A DNA stretch of 64,000 nt from the human T2T-CHM13v2.0 reference genome, Homo sapiens, in the NCBI RefSeq assembly GCF_009914755.1, contig NC_060929.1; one strand, 5' to 3'. The translations under genes and the position numbers were made by a program. Shown here one piece after another: positions 25,358 through 41,119 of this stretch. The number at the start of each line of letters is the position of its first letter. The first letter of the stretch is position 1. The notes under the pieces were generated by a model. That model ran no database searches. It was not told the origin of the DNA and saw only the letters and a list, made by a program, of their open reading frames with translations.

Positions 25358-26908
25358 ACACTAAATTTCTTCTTCTTTGTACTCATTTATGTGTTGCACA
25401 GATAACAGTGAGATCAACTTTGACTTAGAGGGATTGGCTACATTAGGAATTCCATGCAATTGTGATCAGATCTGAGTAGAGCAACAAATACAGGGCTTTC
25501 CTGCAGGGTCACAGGTGAAGAGCAGTTTGAGGTCTATATGGTTGAAGAGGGAGGTGAAATTGGAAATATGGTTATAATACTCACAGAAATATTAAAATGT
25601 CTCCATAGTGTGAAAAACACATTAAATTACAAGAGTAATCTATCATCCTAATGGATAAATCAATTACTACTTAAAACAGCAAAGATCAGAAGACTACAAA
25701 TTTTGGTCATGTGCAAACTGAAAATTTGTAATCTGATAAGCTTACTCTTAGACAAATAATCATTTCCACGTGAAGATAACATTTCCTACTATTCAAGTAC
25801 AGAAAGCTATACTACCCACACAATCTTCCTAAATAATCTAGCAGCAAAGTATAGAAAGCAAAAGAAAAAAAATAATTAAGAAAATAATAGAAACAGTAAT
25901 ACTTCAATACTTTATTAGAGCTCTCTTAGTTATTGACAGATCAAGCAGTAAAACAATAAATAAAATTATAATAGATTTAATTAACTTAATTAACATGCTG
26001 AAATTTCAGGTATGTGACTTGAATGAAATGTCCTTCAAGCAGAAAGTATAATTTTGCTGCTAATGCTCATCGTACATTTATAGAAATTGAGCATGTAATA
26101 AGCCACAAAAATCAAATAGCAAAATTTACAAGATACTTATGTGGGCACTAGTGACATAAAATTAAGAATTAAGAAGATGAACAAAAATGACAAGTTATAT
26201 GAATTTTAAGAGAAAACTTCTCATAGTTAGGTCTACTTTCAAGCATTTTTCATCAAATAAAAAATACACATAAAAACTAATAAGGCCACATAAAATCTAT
26301 GAGCTAGATACAAAGTTATTGTAAGACACAAATGTGATATTTTATCAAGTAAAAATACATTAAAATAAAATAATAATTAAACATCCATCTAAAGAACTTT
26401 GAAAGGGAGCAGCAAAATAAACCCAAATGAAGCAGGAGTAAAAGATGTATAAATTAAAAAGCAGGTTAAGGACAATACTACAAATTGATAAATGCACTTT
26501 GATATAATTTTTGGTAAAAGGTAAAACATTGTGAAAGACTAAACAACTAATATAATAAAAAGCACATTGACAAAGAAAATATAAACGACAAAGAGTAAAA
26601 GAATATACTTACAACATAGAGTGATATACTTAAAATATGAAGGGGACTTTTTCAATGTGTAATTTAATTTTATAATATTTCATTATATTACACTCAGTTT
26701 AATAAAAATAAAATTATTTTATTTTTGTTTAAAAATTTTGGATATTTTAAGCTTTAATGTTTACATTGAGAATGCCCAACATATGTTTTAATAAAATTAA
26801 CCACACCATAAAATAGAAGATGTCAATCTATGAGACCACCCAAATAGATGCTGAAATGAATTTGAGTAAGTTTCATGTATCATTATGATAGAAACTAGAT
26901 AGAGAAGA

Positions 26909-26961
26909 ATATATATATATATAAAAATATATATATATATAAAAATATATATATATATATA
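26909..26961. repeat. Interrupted (TA)n
   Basis: TA runs separated by AAAA. Confidence 0.9.
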
Positions 26962-26973
26962 AATAAAATACAC

Positions 26974-27478
26974 TTTTTTAATTATACTTCAAGTTCTGGG
27001 GTATATGTGCCGAACGTGCCGTTTTGTTACATAGGTATACATGTGCCATGGTGGTTTGCTGCACCCATCAACCTGTCACTTACATTAGGTATTTCTCCTA
27101 ATGCTATCCCTCCCCTAGTACCCCACCCCCCGACAAGCCCTGCTGTGTGATGCTCTCCTCCCTGTGTCCACGTGTTCTTATTGTTCAGCTCCCAATTATG
27201 AGTGAGAACATGCCGTATTTGGTTTTCTGTTCTTGTGTTAGTTTGTTGAGAATGATGGCTTCCAGCTTCATCCTTGTCCCTGCAAGGGACATGAACTCAT
27301 CCTTTTTATGACTGCATAGTATTCCATAGTGTATATGTGCCACATTTTCTTTATCCAGTCTATCATTATGGACATTTGGGTTGGTTCCAAGTCTTTGCTA
27401 TTGTGAATAGTGCTGCAATAAACATACGTGTGCATGTGTCTTTATAGTAGAATGATTTATAATCCTTTGGGTATATAC
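26974..27478 (-). mobile_element. L1 3' end (L1PA7/8-like)
   Basis: Reverse complement of an L1PA 3'UTR: ttatacttcaagttctggggtatatgtgc...ggtatttctcctaatgctatccctcccc. Confidence 0.9.
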
Positions 27479-27568
27479 TTTTAACCTGGTAAATACTATG
27501 TTTTAAACTACCAGCCTACATTGTCTTTATAAATATGACTTTAGCAACATGCTTACTAAAATCAAATA

Positions 27569-28685
<1,117 letters not shown>

Positions 28686-29799
28686 TATTAGACAATCATG
28701 CCTTCTACCACAACTGTAATTAAACATGTTTCTAAGTTTTAGCCACTGCACATTTGTAAGAAAAATAGAGTGTCTGCTAAAAATACATTTATAAATATAA
28801 TCTGTTTCATTTAGGAATATTATATATTGTATTACATTCAAGACAATCAACTTAAAATTTAAAAGAAAAATTGAGTCCTCAGTAAATTGACTAGCTATAT
28901 CACTAAAATCCTAAATGAAATAACTTTTCATCACGCTATTAGTTATCTGTAAAAAGTGAAAATGAAGAAAATCACATTCATCTTAGCTATCAAAAATATT
29001 AACTAGAGAATAACCTTAATAAAAATGGCAGATATGTATAAATAAAATTTAAAACATATTGAATACTGTATATGAAGAAATGCATGTTTTCTCCTCTGAG
29101 AAATTAAAAGGCTAATTCTTTAACAAGAAATGTAAACATGAAACACAATATAAAGAAATGCCCAGACATATATACAGATACTTTGACAAACTTATCCTCA
29201 GATTCAAATGAAATGTGAAAAAGACAAAAATAATCAAAGATTTGACAAAAATTACTGAAAAGGGACATTTACTTTCAGATATTATGATGTATTAATACAA
29301 AAATCAAAAAATGTACTACAATACACTAAAGACTTAACATAGCCAAATCAATCACACAAAATGGAAAGCTTAGAAACATACCTACAAATATTTAAATGGT
29401 TTATAAATGCAATTGTTATCACATTAAATCAACTAAAAATTTGGGGTTGGGGGGAGGGGAGAAAGATTAAAAATTAAATCAATCAATCAAACAAAAATAC
29501 CCTAAAAATATGCTGGTGACTATTTATGTAATTTCACAATATGATCATTTTTTTCCCCAAAAGAAGAAATAGTATACAAGCAAATAAGAAATGATTAGTA
29601 GGTGAATATTTTACATATAAAGAACTCATAGAAACAAATAAAATATGAACATCCCAGGGAACATTGATCAAATGAGACAAACATCTAAGTCATAAAATTT
29701 GAAACACTTAGGGCCAGTTAAACTATAAAAAATTTTAAACATTAATAAATTATTAATTAAATGTGAGAGATTATTTTTATCTACCAAAATGATTGTGGA

Positions 29800-30045
29800 G
29801 CTTAATAGTTGAACATATAAGAGTTAAACTGTATATTGTAATTGAGCTTAAATGTTAGCTTCACTTTACTAGTTTGATGATTTTGAGTAAATTATTTTAA
29901 TTCTCCATGCTTTTGTTTTCTCATCTGGAATGTTAAGAATGCTATTATACTTGTACTTCACAGGTTTGTTGTGACGATTACATGCTTTTGTGTCTGTAAA
30001 ACACTTGTTTCAATGCATGGCACTTAGAAAACACTGAAAATTACT
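29800..30045 (+). mobile_element. MIR
   Basis: ttctccatgcttttgttttctcatctggaatg...cacaggtttgttgtgacgattta...tggcacttagaaaacact. Confidence 0.6.
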
Positions 30046-32902
30046 AGATTTAACCTACATACCCAAACATAGAGGAAATATATAAATGAGTTCACCTTTG
30101 CAATAGAATAGTAGGCAAACTTTAAAAAATCATGTTGCCATGGATAAAATAGTCATTATCTCTTGACAAGTAGAAAATGTTCAAATAGTAAATATAGACT
30201 TTTGTTTTGACCTATGACAGTAACTATTATGGGACTCGCTCTCCTACTGAAAAGTATAACATTGATTAACTACATGAGGTATCTGCTTCAATATACTGGA
30301 AAAGAAAGAACAAGACTATGATCCTCAAGACTCCTCCAGGGAACAATCTCTTGGCCATGTCACAACAAAGTAGAGCCTAAACACACCTCAAGAGTTTGAA
30401 GTAGGTTAAGAGGCTGGGCAAGGCTCTAGATGGTAGAGATCTGTGAAGAGAAAAGCATCAGAAAATTTCTCTGAGTCGTTGGCCAAAAGCAGCGCTAAAC
30501 TACATAAGACTTAACAGAAAGTGTCTCCTATGGGCTTGGGAACAGAATAGCACAGAGGTATTACAGATTAAATAATGCTAGGAATCTTTGCAGTTCAGGC
30601 GCATGCAGTGTGCATACATTGTTAGGTTAACACACTGTGAAAAATCTGGGCCTTCAGCTTAGGAACCAGAAAGGCTATGAATTAAAGAGTAAAGACAATA
30701 TGTTCAGGTAAGGCCTAGTCTACCTCTTCTCTAACTAAGTCTAAAATCAAATTCTGGAAAAATCTTTGGGGAAACAGATTCTGGACATCTAGTTCCCCAA
30801 GTGAGAGGGACTTGAGAAAACTTAGATGTCTATAGAATTGCCCTAAAAAAAACATAATTAGGCTGCAGTCAGTTCAAGATGATCGTCAGTTGTAGATAGG
30901 CCGACAATTGCAAAAAAATTCCTTCAGATGAACAAAATAGAACTAGAATTTCTAAACACGTCATTAACAAAGTATAATGTGAAGTAAGTAACACATGGAA
31001 AGAAACAGGAAAATGTGACCTAGAATCAAAAATATATATATATTCATAGCAATATTCAGTAGCAATCAACATTGAGATAGCCCAGACGTTGGATTTAGCA
31101 ACAAAAGTCTTTAAAGAGGCTATTATAAATATGTTTAAAGAAATAAGGGATAAAATGTTCAGAAAATTAAAGGAATATATGGTCTTAGGGAGGAACAGGG
31201 AATATCAGCAAAGATATTGTGTAAAACGACTCAAAAGGAAATTTCAGAACTGAAAATTATAAGACAGAAATGAAAAAACAAATCACTGAAAGTGCTTAAC
31301 AGGAGATTGAAGAAAGCAGATGGAAGAGTCACTAAACTTTACAAAAGATCAATAGAAATACTCTAATCTGAAAAACAGATAAAAGAGATTGAAGAAAAAT
31401 GAACAGACACTTAAGATACAAAAAGAGTCAAAACATAAGTTTTTAAAAGTCTCAATAGTGAAAAGAATAAAAAACTGAGCTAAACATTTTGAATAAATAA
31501 TGGCCCAAATTCTTTCCAAATTTGACGAAAATATTAACTGATTGACTCAAGATTTCAGCAAAACCCTAAAACATAAAGTAGAAAGAAAACCATACTTAAG
31601 CAATTCTTAGTCTAACTGCTAAAAACCATGCTAAAAATGTCACCTAAAATCTTGTATGTAGAGAAAGTATCTTTCAAAATGAGAAAGAAAAAAACATTTT
31701 TTGATGAACAAATGTTAAGAGAAAAATCGTTGTCATTAGACCGACACTAAATTTGTTACATTTGGACAATGGGCAATGTCAAGTCGGCATTGAGAACTGA
31801 GAAGCATGAAGCAGGCAGGTAGACGGGCCAGAAGTGAAGTGTGAAGGAAGATAAGATTTACTCTATATAAATTCTAGGAAGCTAGGGATGCATATGATTA
31901 GCTCTGGAGAAACAATTGAAAATTATTTTTAAAAAAGAGGGGAAGGAAGAACACAGTCACAAAAAGGAAAATTAAAATTAAACCCAATGGAAGTAGAAGG
32001 AAAGAAATAATTACAAGGCAGAAAGCAATGAAATAGAAAACAGATAATAAATAAAATTAACAAAGCAAAAGCTGATAAAGACCCTAGAAAGACCAATGAA
32101 GGGAAAAACAAGAGAAAATATAAATTACCTATATCAAAAATAAATGAGAAAATATCATTAGAGATCTGACAGGCACAAAAAGAGTAATGAGAAAATGTTA
32201 TGAACAATTTTTGCAAACAAAGATGAAAAGGCCAAAATCCTTGAGAAGTATAATTTTCCAAAGCTGATTGGAGAAAAACTAGGTAATTTAACCAAACCTT
32301 TGATATTTATTAAAACAATACAATTAATAATACAAAATCTTCCCATAAAAACTCTACACTAAGCTAACTTCACCAGATAATTCTATTTAAGAAGAAAATC
32401 AAAATCAAAAGTAATTTTATGATTCTGCCATATCCTTGATACCAAAATCTGGCAAAGCCAAAACAGGAAAAAAAAATAGAGACAAATATTTCTAATAATC
32501 CTAGAAACAAAGTCCTTAAGAAAACGTTAGAAAATGGAATCCAGCATAGATAGAAAAGTATCATGGATCATAAGCAAGTAAGACTTATTCTACAGAAGTT
32601 TGCTTAGCATTTAAGATCAATCAATATACTCCATCACATTTATTGAAGAATGTGTTCATTTCAAAAGACACATGAAAATTATTTGACAAATTTGAACACT
32701 TGTTTATAACTCAGCAAATCAAAAAAAGAAGGGTTTTTTTTTCAAACTGATAAAAAGAATCTATGAAAACTACATAATTAACATTGAAATTATAAATCTT
32801 GCCCCAGTAGTTGGGAACAAGGCAAGGATGTTTGTTCACATTTCCATTACATATTGTACTGAAGGTTTAAACTGTTGCAATAAAGAAAAATAAAAAAGTA
32901 AA

Positions 32903-33570
32903 TATAGAACTGCCATATATTCCTGCAATCTCCTTCCTGAGTACATATCCAGAGGAAAGGAGATCAGTATATTGAAGCAGTGTCTACACTATTCACAATA
33001 GCCAAGATATGGAATCAACCCAAGTGTCTATCCACAGGTAAATGGATAAAGAAAACATGTTATATTTACACAATAGAATACTATTATTCCATACAAGAAT
33101 AAAATTATATCCTTCTTGGCAACATGGATGAGCTTGGTAGGCAGTATGCTAAGTGAAATAAAACAGGCACAGAAAGGTAAATACCACATGTTCTCATTCA
33201 TACGTGGAAGCTAAAAAGTTGATCTCACGGAAGTAGAGAGTAGACTAGTGGTTACTAGAGGCAGGGAAAGCGATGGAGGAGGGAAAGATGAAGTGTGGTT
33301 AACAGATAATAAAGTACAGTAAGATAGGAGGAATAAGTTCTAATCTTCTGCAGCACTAAAGAGTGACTATAATTAACAATTTATTGTATATTTTCAAATA
33401 GAAGAGCAGATTTTGAATGTTCCCAACACAAATAAATGATAGAAGTTTGAGGTGATGTATATGCTAATCAGCCTGATTTGATCATTGCATATTATATTTA
33501 TGTTTCTATCACGCTGTACCCTATAAATATGTATAAATATTGTGCGTCATTGAAAAATAATGATAAAAGC
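32903..33570 (+). mobile_element. L1MA-type 3' end nested in the older L1
   Basis: atagccaagatatggaatcaacccaagtgtc...agataggaggaataagttcta...gaatgttcccaacacaaa. Confidence 0.8.
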
Positions 33571-34026
33571 AAACAATTAAAGTTTGAAAAACTAGCATTC
33601 TAATTTGTCCCTATTTGTAGATAACATGATTGTCTATGTTGAAAATCTTAAGGAATCTATTTAAAAAACTACTAAATTTAATAAGGGTATTTGGCAATGT
33701 CAATGGATATAAGCTCAGTATACAAAAATCAATTGCATTTCTATAACTTGAAAACAAAACTTTGAAGATAAATTTTAAAATTTACAGTAGTTTTGAGAAT
33801 ATTAAGTAGGAATTAATATAAAAAATTATGTGCAAACATCTACACTAAAAAATAGAAAATATTGGTAGGAGAAATAAAGAAGATCTAAATAAATGGAGGA
33901 ATACATTGTGTTCATGGATTAGAAAAACCCCATATTATTAAAGTACAAATTTTCTGGAAATTGATATGCAAAATAAAATAAATCTCAACCAAGTTCCCAT
34001 GTTGCTTTTTAAAATTTTCTAAATTG

Positions 34027-34189
34027 TGGGGTGGAGGGAGGGGGAGGGATAGCATTAGGAGAAATACATAATGTAAATGACAAGTTAATTGGGTGCAGCA
34101 CACCAACATGGCACATGTATACATATGTAACAAACCTTCACGTTGTGCACATGTACTCTAGAACTTAAAGTATAATAAAAAAATAAAAT
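34027..34189 (+). mobile_element. Short L1PA 3'-tip insertion with a perfect TSD
   Basis: L1PA 3'UTR tip flanked by aaaattttctaaattg at 34011-34026 and 34190-34205. Confidence 0.95.
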
Positions 34190-36169
34190 AAAATTTTCTA
34201 AATTGACATGCGGATTCTGAAACATATATAGACATTCAAAAGACAGCAAATAACCAACTATTTAAAAAAAAAAAACAACAGATCAGTGGGACAGAGTAGA
34301 GAATTCAAGGGATATGACATGTTGTCAATTAATTTTTGTTGAAGGGACATGTCAAAATCAATGAGGAAAGTCTTCTTCTTCACAAATTGTACTGGAACAA
34401 CTAGATATTAGTATGGAATAAAATGATGAACCTCAGCCCCTCCCTCACACCATATGCAAAAGTAAATAGTTTTGAAATAAATCATATAACTAAATATAAA
34501 GCAGAAAGTACAAAGTTTCTAGAGGAAAACATAGGAGAAAATCTGCACAACCATGAGGTAGAAGAACATTTCTTAGAAAACAAAAAGAACTAATAATCAA
34601 AAAAATGGAAATTTTTGTATATCATCAAAATTAAAACCTTTGCTCTTCAATAGACACTATTAAGAAGATGAAATGATTAGCCACAAATTGAAAAAAAGCA
34701 TATATTCTGAAAGAATAACTTCCTTCTGGAATATATGTATAGTACTTAAAATTAATCAGATAATGCAATAAAAATTGACAAAAGACTTTAAAAAATGCTT
34801 TACAAAAGAATCAATGTCCAATAAACACAAAAAAATACTCCGTTGGTTCCCAGCAAAATGTATATTAACCACATACACGTGCCAGAATAGCTAAAATTTA
34901 GAAGATAAAATATACCAAGTCTTGGCTCAATGCAAATGTTTTTCAACAGGTGAATGGATAAACAACTGTGTTCTATTCATATAATAGAATGCTAATTAAC
35001 AATAAAAAGAACAAACTATTGATAAATGCATCAATATGAATAAGTCTCAAAATATTATAAGCTAAAATAGCCAGATGTAGAAGAATGTATATTGTATGAT
35101 TTCATTTATATAAACTCTAGAAAAGGCAAACATACTTTCTAGTGATGGAAATCAGTTGTTGTCTTGGGTAGAACCTGGGAGTGGGTGTTAACTTAAAAAT
35201 GACAGAAGGGGGCTTCCTGAAATTATATAAATGTTCTAGATATTGATTGGAATGATGGTTATATAAGCATATAGAATTTTCAATATTCATCAATCTACTT
35301 ACTTAAATGGGTGCATTTTAAACATTTCATATATATGTCATAATCCCCGTTTTTACAAAAAACTTACACTTTTAACTGTAAAATTTACACTTAAAAAGTG
35401 TAAGTTTTACACTTGTAAGTGTAAAATTAAGCTAAGAATTCATTCACTAAAAATGAACATTTATTATAATTCACAGTATTCTCATAGATACTTTTGATTC
35501 TGCTAGATTTCAGGGGATTTTTTCCCAATTTCCTCTACTGAATCTGTATATCCATTAGATAAAAATAACTGTTATCAATAAATTCAAAACAGAATATATT
35601 CATTTATTTAAAGAGGACATGTTACAAAAAATTTAGGTAATTAGGCATATCTCAATTGCTTGGTAGATTTTGCTTAGTATGAAAGAAAACTTGCTTGAAA
35701 AATCATTTGAAATTTCTAAAGACACTAATTCGAGGCTTTTGAAGAAGTTATTCATGATGTTTGAAAAGGATGTTTGCCATAAAAATGGAATACAAAAATA
35801 ATTTTACAGAAATAAACAGTTATTGATCATTGATGGACTTCTGGATATTGAAAATGGAGAGCAATTTCAAATAATTTGGGATTTGCAAGTGTGATTACAG
35901 AAGAGTACTAATACCATAACAACAACCTGAAAAGTGGTCTGACTTATGGCAAAGTGGTGGATGATGGGATTGACTACCAGATAGAGTTATATTAACATAT
36001 CATAGATACTTAATACATACTTATCTAAATAATATGTGCTGAAGTAGAGTAGAAAAATAGTTCACATATCATAGAGTCTAAAACTGAGACTAAGAGACAT
36101 ACTGACTTGCTCATGGTCATTGAACAGTGAGTTTTTGTTAATAATGACAATATGCTTTTTCACAATAAC

Positions 36170-36280
36170 CTTCTATAATTTAAGATTTATGAGGGTGGAG
36201 ACTGTGATCTTTACCTAGTATGTGGAAGAGTATCTGGGATTTAGGCATGTTATAAGTATATATTAAATGAATGAATACAT
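36170..36280 (+). mobile_element. L2 3' tip
   Basis: taagatttatgagggtggagactgtg...attaaatgaatgaatac. Confidence 0.45.
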
Positions 36281-38744
36281 AATGCTAGTGAACTCCCATC
36301 AAATATTTCACCAAATCATCACACATATTAAACATTATAATTATATTAAAACAATAATAAGATATAATAACACACTGGAAAATATCAGTTGTTGAGGTTT
36401 TTAAAGCAGAATGATTGCCCTTCAGAAGGAAGAGAACATCGGGAATTTCACTTTACCCTAGTATCGTACCGCCCTACTCTGACCCCCTGCACTATTTCTG
36501 CACTTTCCACTTCTTTTCACTTTGTCCTAATCCCTAGAGATCCAAGGAATAATAGATCTGGTGGGGATTTAAGACTACATGGCAGTCACTTTCCCTGTTG
36601 GAAGCAGAGTTGGCTTTTCTTTTTCATTTCGATAGAGCATTTATTTTTATTTCATATTTAAAGAGAAATTCTGTCTTTACATGTCACACCAACCTAGTGT
36701 ACATGGAAGCAAATCCCTAAAATAATAAATGATTTTTCATGAAAGGTGGGATGGATTTTCATCTTCAGTTATTCTCATACATCTCTCAATGTCAGTTCTC
36801 TGGGAGGTGTTAGTTCCATTTTCAACATATACACGGCATCAACATAGTGTCAAAAAGTGTCTTTGTCACAGCTTGTATCCCAATGGAGCTATTAATTTCA
36901 TTTGAAATCATGTTCTCTTTGTGATATAAGCAGATTATAAAGAAATTTATTGGAAAAAATATTTTTATTATTTTAATATCTTGCCTATGTTCATTTAAGG
37001 GCCATGATCCAACATGTTCTCTTTTGATACACCAGCTAGACAAATGATTTATAATTCTTTTGGATGCAAAAATCTAAGAAATATTTAAAAATCATGAACA
37101 CCCACTTCAGGATTGATACTGCATAAGGTTACTCTAATTTTCATGTGAAGTCCAAGTGTTGTAACAATTATGGCTCATTATGTTGTCAAAGAGAGACCTG
37201 TATTCAGTAACTATTTCCAACTCAAGACAGACTGTGTTATTGCCAACAGGCTTTTCAATAACCTGTGACAATCCAGCTTGCAGAGGTTAGAATTTAGCCA
37301 CGACACTGTCATCATTTTGTCTCAGTTCCTAAATTATCCAGCTTTTTTTTTTTCCAGAGATCGCAGATAAATCCCTTATTCTTGTTTATTCTTTAAGGGT
37401 TCTCCTCTTAGTTCTCAGCATAATAAACATGTTTTTCTAATGATTATATTCTTCAAATTACCTATGGCTTTCATCTAGCAAAGAATATGAAGGGAGGAAA
37501 CAGAAGAAGAGGAAAGAATCCAAATGGAATACACTGTTTTTAACTTAGCTTCTATGAAGGAGCAATAAGGTTTTTCATTTAAGGCATCTCATTCATCTCC
37601 TTGGCTGTGCACCTTGTCCATTTACAGCCACCTCCTATGACCTTGTTTACTCTGGAGCCTGCTCTTTCACATGGTGAAGCAGGCACTAGTGAATAACTGC
37701 GTGACAGTCACCAATTCATATGCTTCTGGTAAAAGCATAATAAGCATCCTGTTTTAGAAATACAAATAAAATGGCTGAGTAATAAATAGTGTTTCTGATC
37801 TGACACACAAGACTTGAAATATAAGACTTCAACTTAAGCTTAAGGTAAAATTGCTTAGTTTAAAACTATTCCTCTCCTCCAATGTGAAAATGCAATTCCA
37901 TAAAAGTTTAAGGGTGATGATCCATTTTTGTATGTAGAGAAGTTTTTAAAAAGCAACTAAAATTGTGTCAATTATTTGGATTACAATGTAGTTTACTTGT
38001 TTCCAATCCTACAAAGGGCACTCAAAGAAGAAAAAAAGAACAAGGATGAGTGTTTCCCTTCATTTACCCCTGCTCTCTGATACAAATATTTTATGTTCTG
38101 GGATCTAAAGAGGTCTCTTGAGTTGGGTTAATTGAGATGTGAGAAAATGTATAAAAAGATAACTACAGTCCTTCAAATGAAATAAGCCATGAAATCACCA
38201 TCCTTATCATTAAAACTTTAATCACATTGAATGTATAACAATAATTATGAGAGTAATGGTGTTAATGGAGTAGGGGTAGGAGATAGAGAAGTAGTGGCTG
38301 TAGCGTGAACATTATTTTATAACTTGATAATATCATTTTTGTATTTGCTATTAACTTTTCAGTATAAATGTAGGGGGAATAAACTTCTCCTTAAAATTTG
38401 TCTTGTCTAAATAGTCAAAGTAACTATTATATGAATATATGCATGTACATGTGCATACAATGAGTTAGTGAAATATTTACCTATATACATATACCTAAAT
38501 ACCCATATATGTATACATACATACAACACATCCACATGTATGTTTAATCCATTTCGATTTAGGTTTAAAAATAGTGTTTTTGTTTGAAAAGGGCCCCCAT
38601 CAATCTGGGGATAAAAGAGGAATAGGTTTGATTTATTGAATACTGCATGCATAAATGAAAGAAATAGAGAAGGTCCAGCCAAAATCTTCTAATGGCAAAG
38701 ACTGATGATCGGATCTGGCAGAATTTGCTTTTTCTTTGCTTCAG

Positions 38745-38790
38745 GAATCCACATTGTTGTTTACTGATCAAAATGAGGAGGAATGTTGGG
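38745..38790 (+). other. Candidate exon E6 (46 nt)
   Basis: Strong acceptor tttgctttttctttgcttcAG, moderate donor GGG|gtaatt. Open in phase 0 (ESTLLFTDQNEEECW). Confidence 0.25.
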
Positions 38791-40498
38791 GTAATTAAAG
38801 TTAATTTACTGGCTCATAAACTTTAACACATTTGATGATGTGTAAGGCCCTGACTAGCATAAAAACCAAGTCAGAAATTATTTTAGGCAAAAAGCACTTC
38901 ACACATTTGTAAGCAGCTTTGATCAATAAAACAACAACCTCATATATATATATTTATATATATTTTTATATATATAAATATATATATAACCCATTAAAAA
39001 CTGACGTATTTTAGTTTCCTGTATACTTATTTCTATTACGTTTGGTTGTAACCTTCTGAATACAGTTATACTGTGTTCTTACTTCAAAAATGCCATGAGA
39101 ACTTAATAGTTTGTATATAAAATGAGCCTGAAAAATACCAAGCCTTCTATGAAAGATCTGAACTTTCAGTATTAATGATGCAACTTTTGGCATTAGGTTT
39201 TGATCCTTATTAAATCTTACTGTGCTTAGGAGAGATGACATTTATCAGTCATTCGTACTTGCCATGAATTAGTTTATCATGCTCTGTCCCAAGAATCTAC
39301 AAAAAAGGAAACAGGAGAGCAAAAGCACACCATAATGCATAAGTCAGGGGTATTAAAAACTGCCCTAGGGCAGGGGAAAGGAAATTGGAAATTAACTGGT
39401 TTTTTTTTTCACAATTTTTGCTGTTATTTAGTCCACGCTGCAATGCAAGGAAGGACCCTGATTTACTCTTTAAACTAGAAAAACCAGCTTTATTTTCTGA
39501 GGCATTTAGAAGATATTGACAATGTCTGGTTGACACTTTGGTGCTTTTCTTTGACATTTGTCTCTGTTAAGCTTGAGAAAGGTATCATTATCATCAATGC
39601 TCTCCCCCACCCTCAACACCTATCCCCCTTTCTATAAATCCTGATAAAATAAAAAGATTTTTACTTGGTATTTTCTTGATTCTGGATTCTTTCAGGATAG
39701 TATGTATGAGTGAAAGTCCTATTCTTGTAAGAGTGTTTGTTTATGGTGCTATTTATTTAATTAATTATTCATATGCCAGATAATGGAGAATAAACTGGTA
39801 GAGCTGAGGTCAAATCGAAATACACCATAAATGTGTGATTTTAGAGCAGGAGACAGCTCCACAGATATAGGTTGACTGTCACTGACTATGGAACTGTCAT
39901 CCCCATCATGGTTAGGCCTATTAAATGGCATGACTCTTTAGCAGGGCATGTCAAGTCAGTGAAGAATGATAAAGACTAAGCTACATGCATGCTAATCTGG
40001 AAAGTATTATGAAACTGCTTTGCGGCCAAGGATTCTAGTTTGAGATATGACAATGTCCAGTTTGTTATTATGACAAAAGAAAAAGGAGAATTGTTTACAA
40101 AATTGCAGGCCTTATGTAGAAATGTCTGCCTTTTTACTCTTTGGTTTATTATTAAATATGAATAAAAAACAGTAGGATTTAAGAATAGACATGAAAATTT
40201 TATCCAGAGTGGGAATAAAAATGAATACTAAGAATATATCTGAAAGATATATCCAGCCTAGTTCAAGATGTCAAGAAAAATGAGATTGCAAAATCAGAGT
40301 TGCATAAAACTGAGCAAGAAACAATAGAAGTCAGCAATTGCAAAGCAAATGTGCAGGAATAAATATAACAAGTTAGCAATTCTCCTTGCCTGTTGGGAGT
40401 AGAGACCATTTATTTCTCTCCAGAGGGAAACTGAACATTTTTAAAGCCATAATTAATATTTATGTGTTTTAATTTGTGAAGTTTTTTTTTTTTAATAG

Positions 40499-40570
40499 AA
40501 ACAGTTGTGTTCTTAGGAACTTTGCAGTCTGATTATAACACAGACTTATAACATTGTCTTACTTATACAG
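40499..40570 (+). other. Candidate exon E7 (72 nt, alternative acceptor at 40517)
   Basis: Poly-T followed by aatAG as acceptor, and a perfect donor CAG|gtaagt. The 72-nt form has stops in all frames; the 54-nt form is open in phase 0. Confidence 0.4.
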
Positions 40571-41119
40571 GTAAGTGTTCAAACTAAATTCAGAGGCAAA
40601 AATCTAATAATATTCAGAGAAGGAATGCAAATTCCACCCAGATTCTGTAATGTCAGACCAGTTGGAAAACACCTGTGTTTCGCCATATTGGGGCGGTGTT
40701 GCTCATTGAGATCATATAAATGTAAGGAATTTGGCAAGTCAACCAAATCTTTTTTCTTAAAGTTATACATTTTATTGTTAACTCTCAGGAATTAATATAG
40801 TTAACTATATTGTGTACAATGACTTTTGATAGGTCACATTTTCCCTAGAAAATGTATCATTTACCCTTAATAATTTTGACTTATCTCATTTTGTAAGGAA
40901 ATAGTCCATTAAAAACTTGTATGTTATTTTTTAAATCAGCATCTTTTGAGTCTTAGATTTTGAGCCAGGTCTTGGACAACTAATCAAGTGACTTTGATCA
41001 AAATCTTTGGGAAACGTAATGTTTTAAGGACAAGTTTAATTGAATCACAGTTTGAAGTGGTAGCAAAGTGAGTTTGCCCTTTGTCATAACGTACCTAGGA
41101 ATCCCGATCTATATTCCTG

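Larger units (their letters stand above)
30195..35320 (+). mobile_element. Ancient L1 (L1M/L1ME-like) remnant with 5', ORF1-like, ORF2-like and 3' parts
   Basis: ORF1-like gatcaatagaaatactctaatctgaaaaacag near 31350, ORF2-like segments at 32-35 kb, and an L1ME-type 3' end ...cttaaatgggtgcatttta. May be more than one element. Confidence 0.65.
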
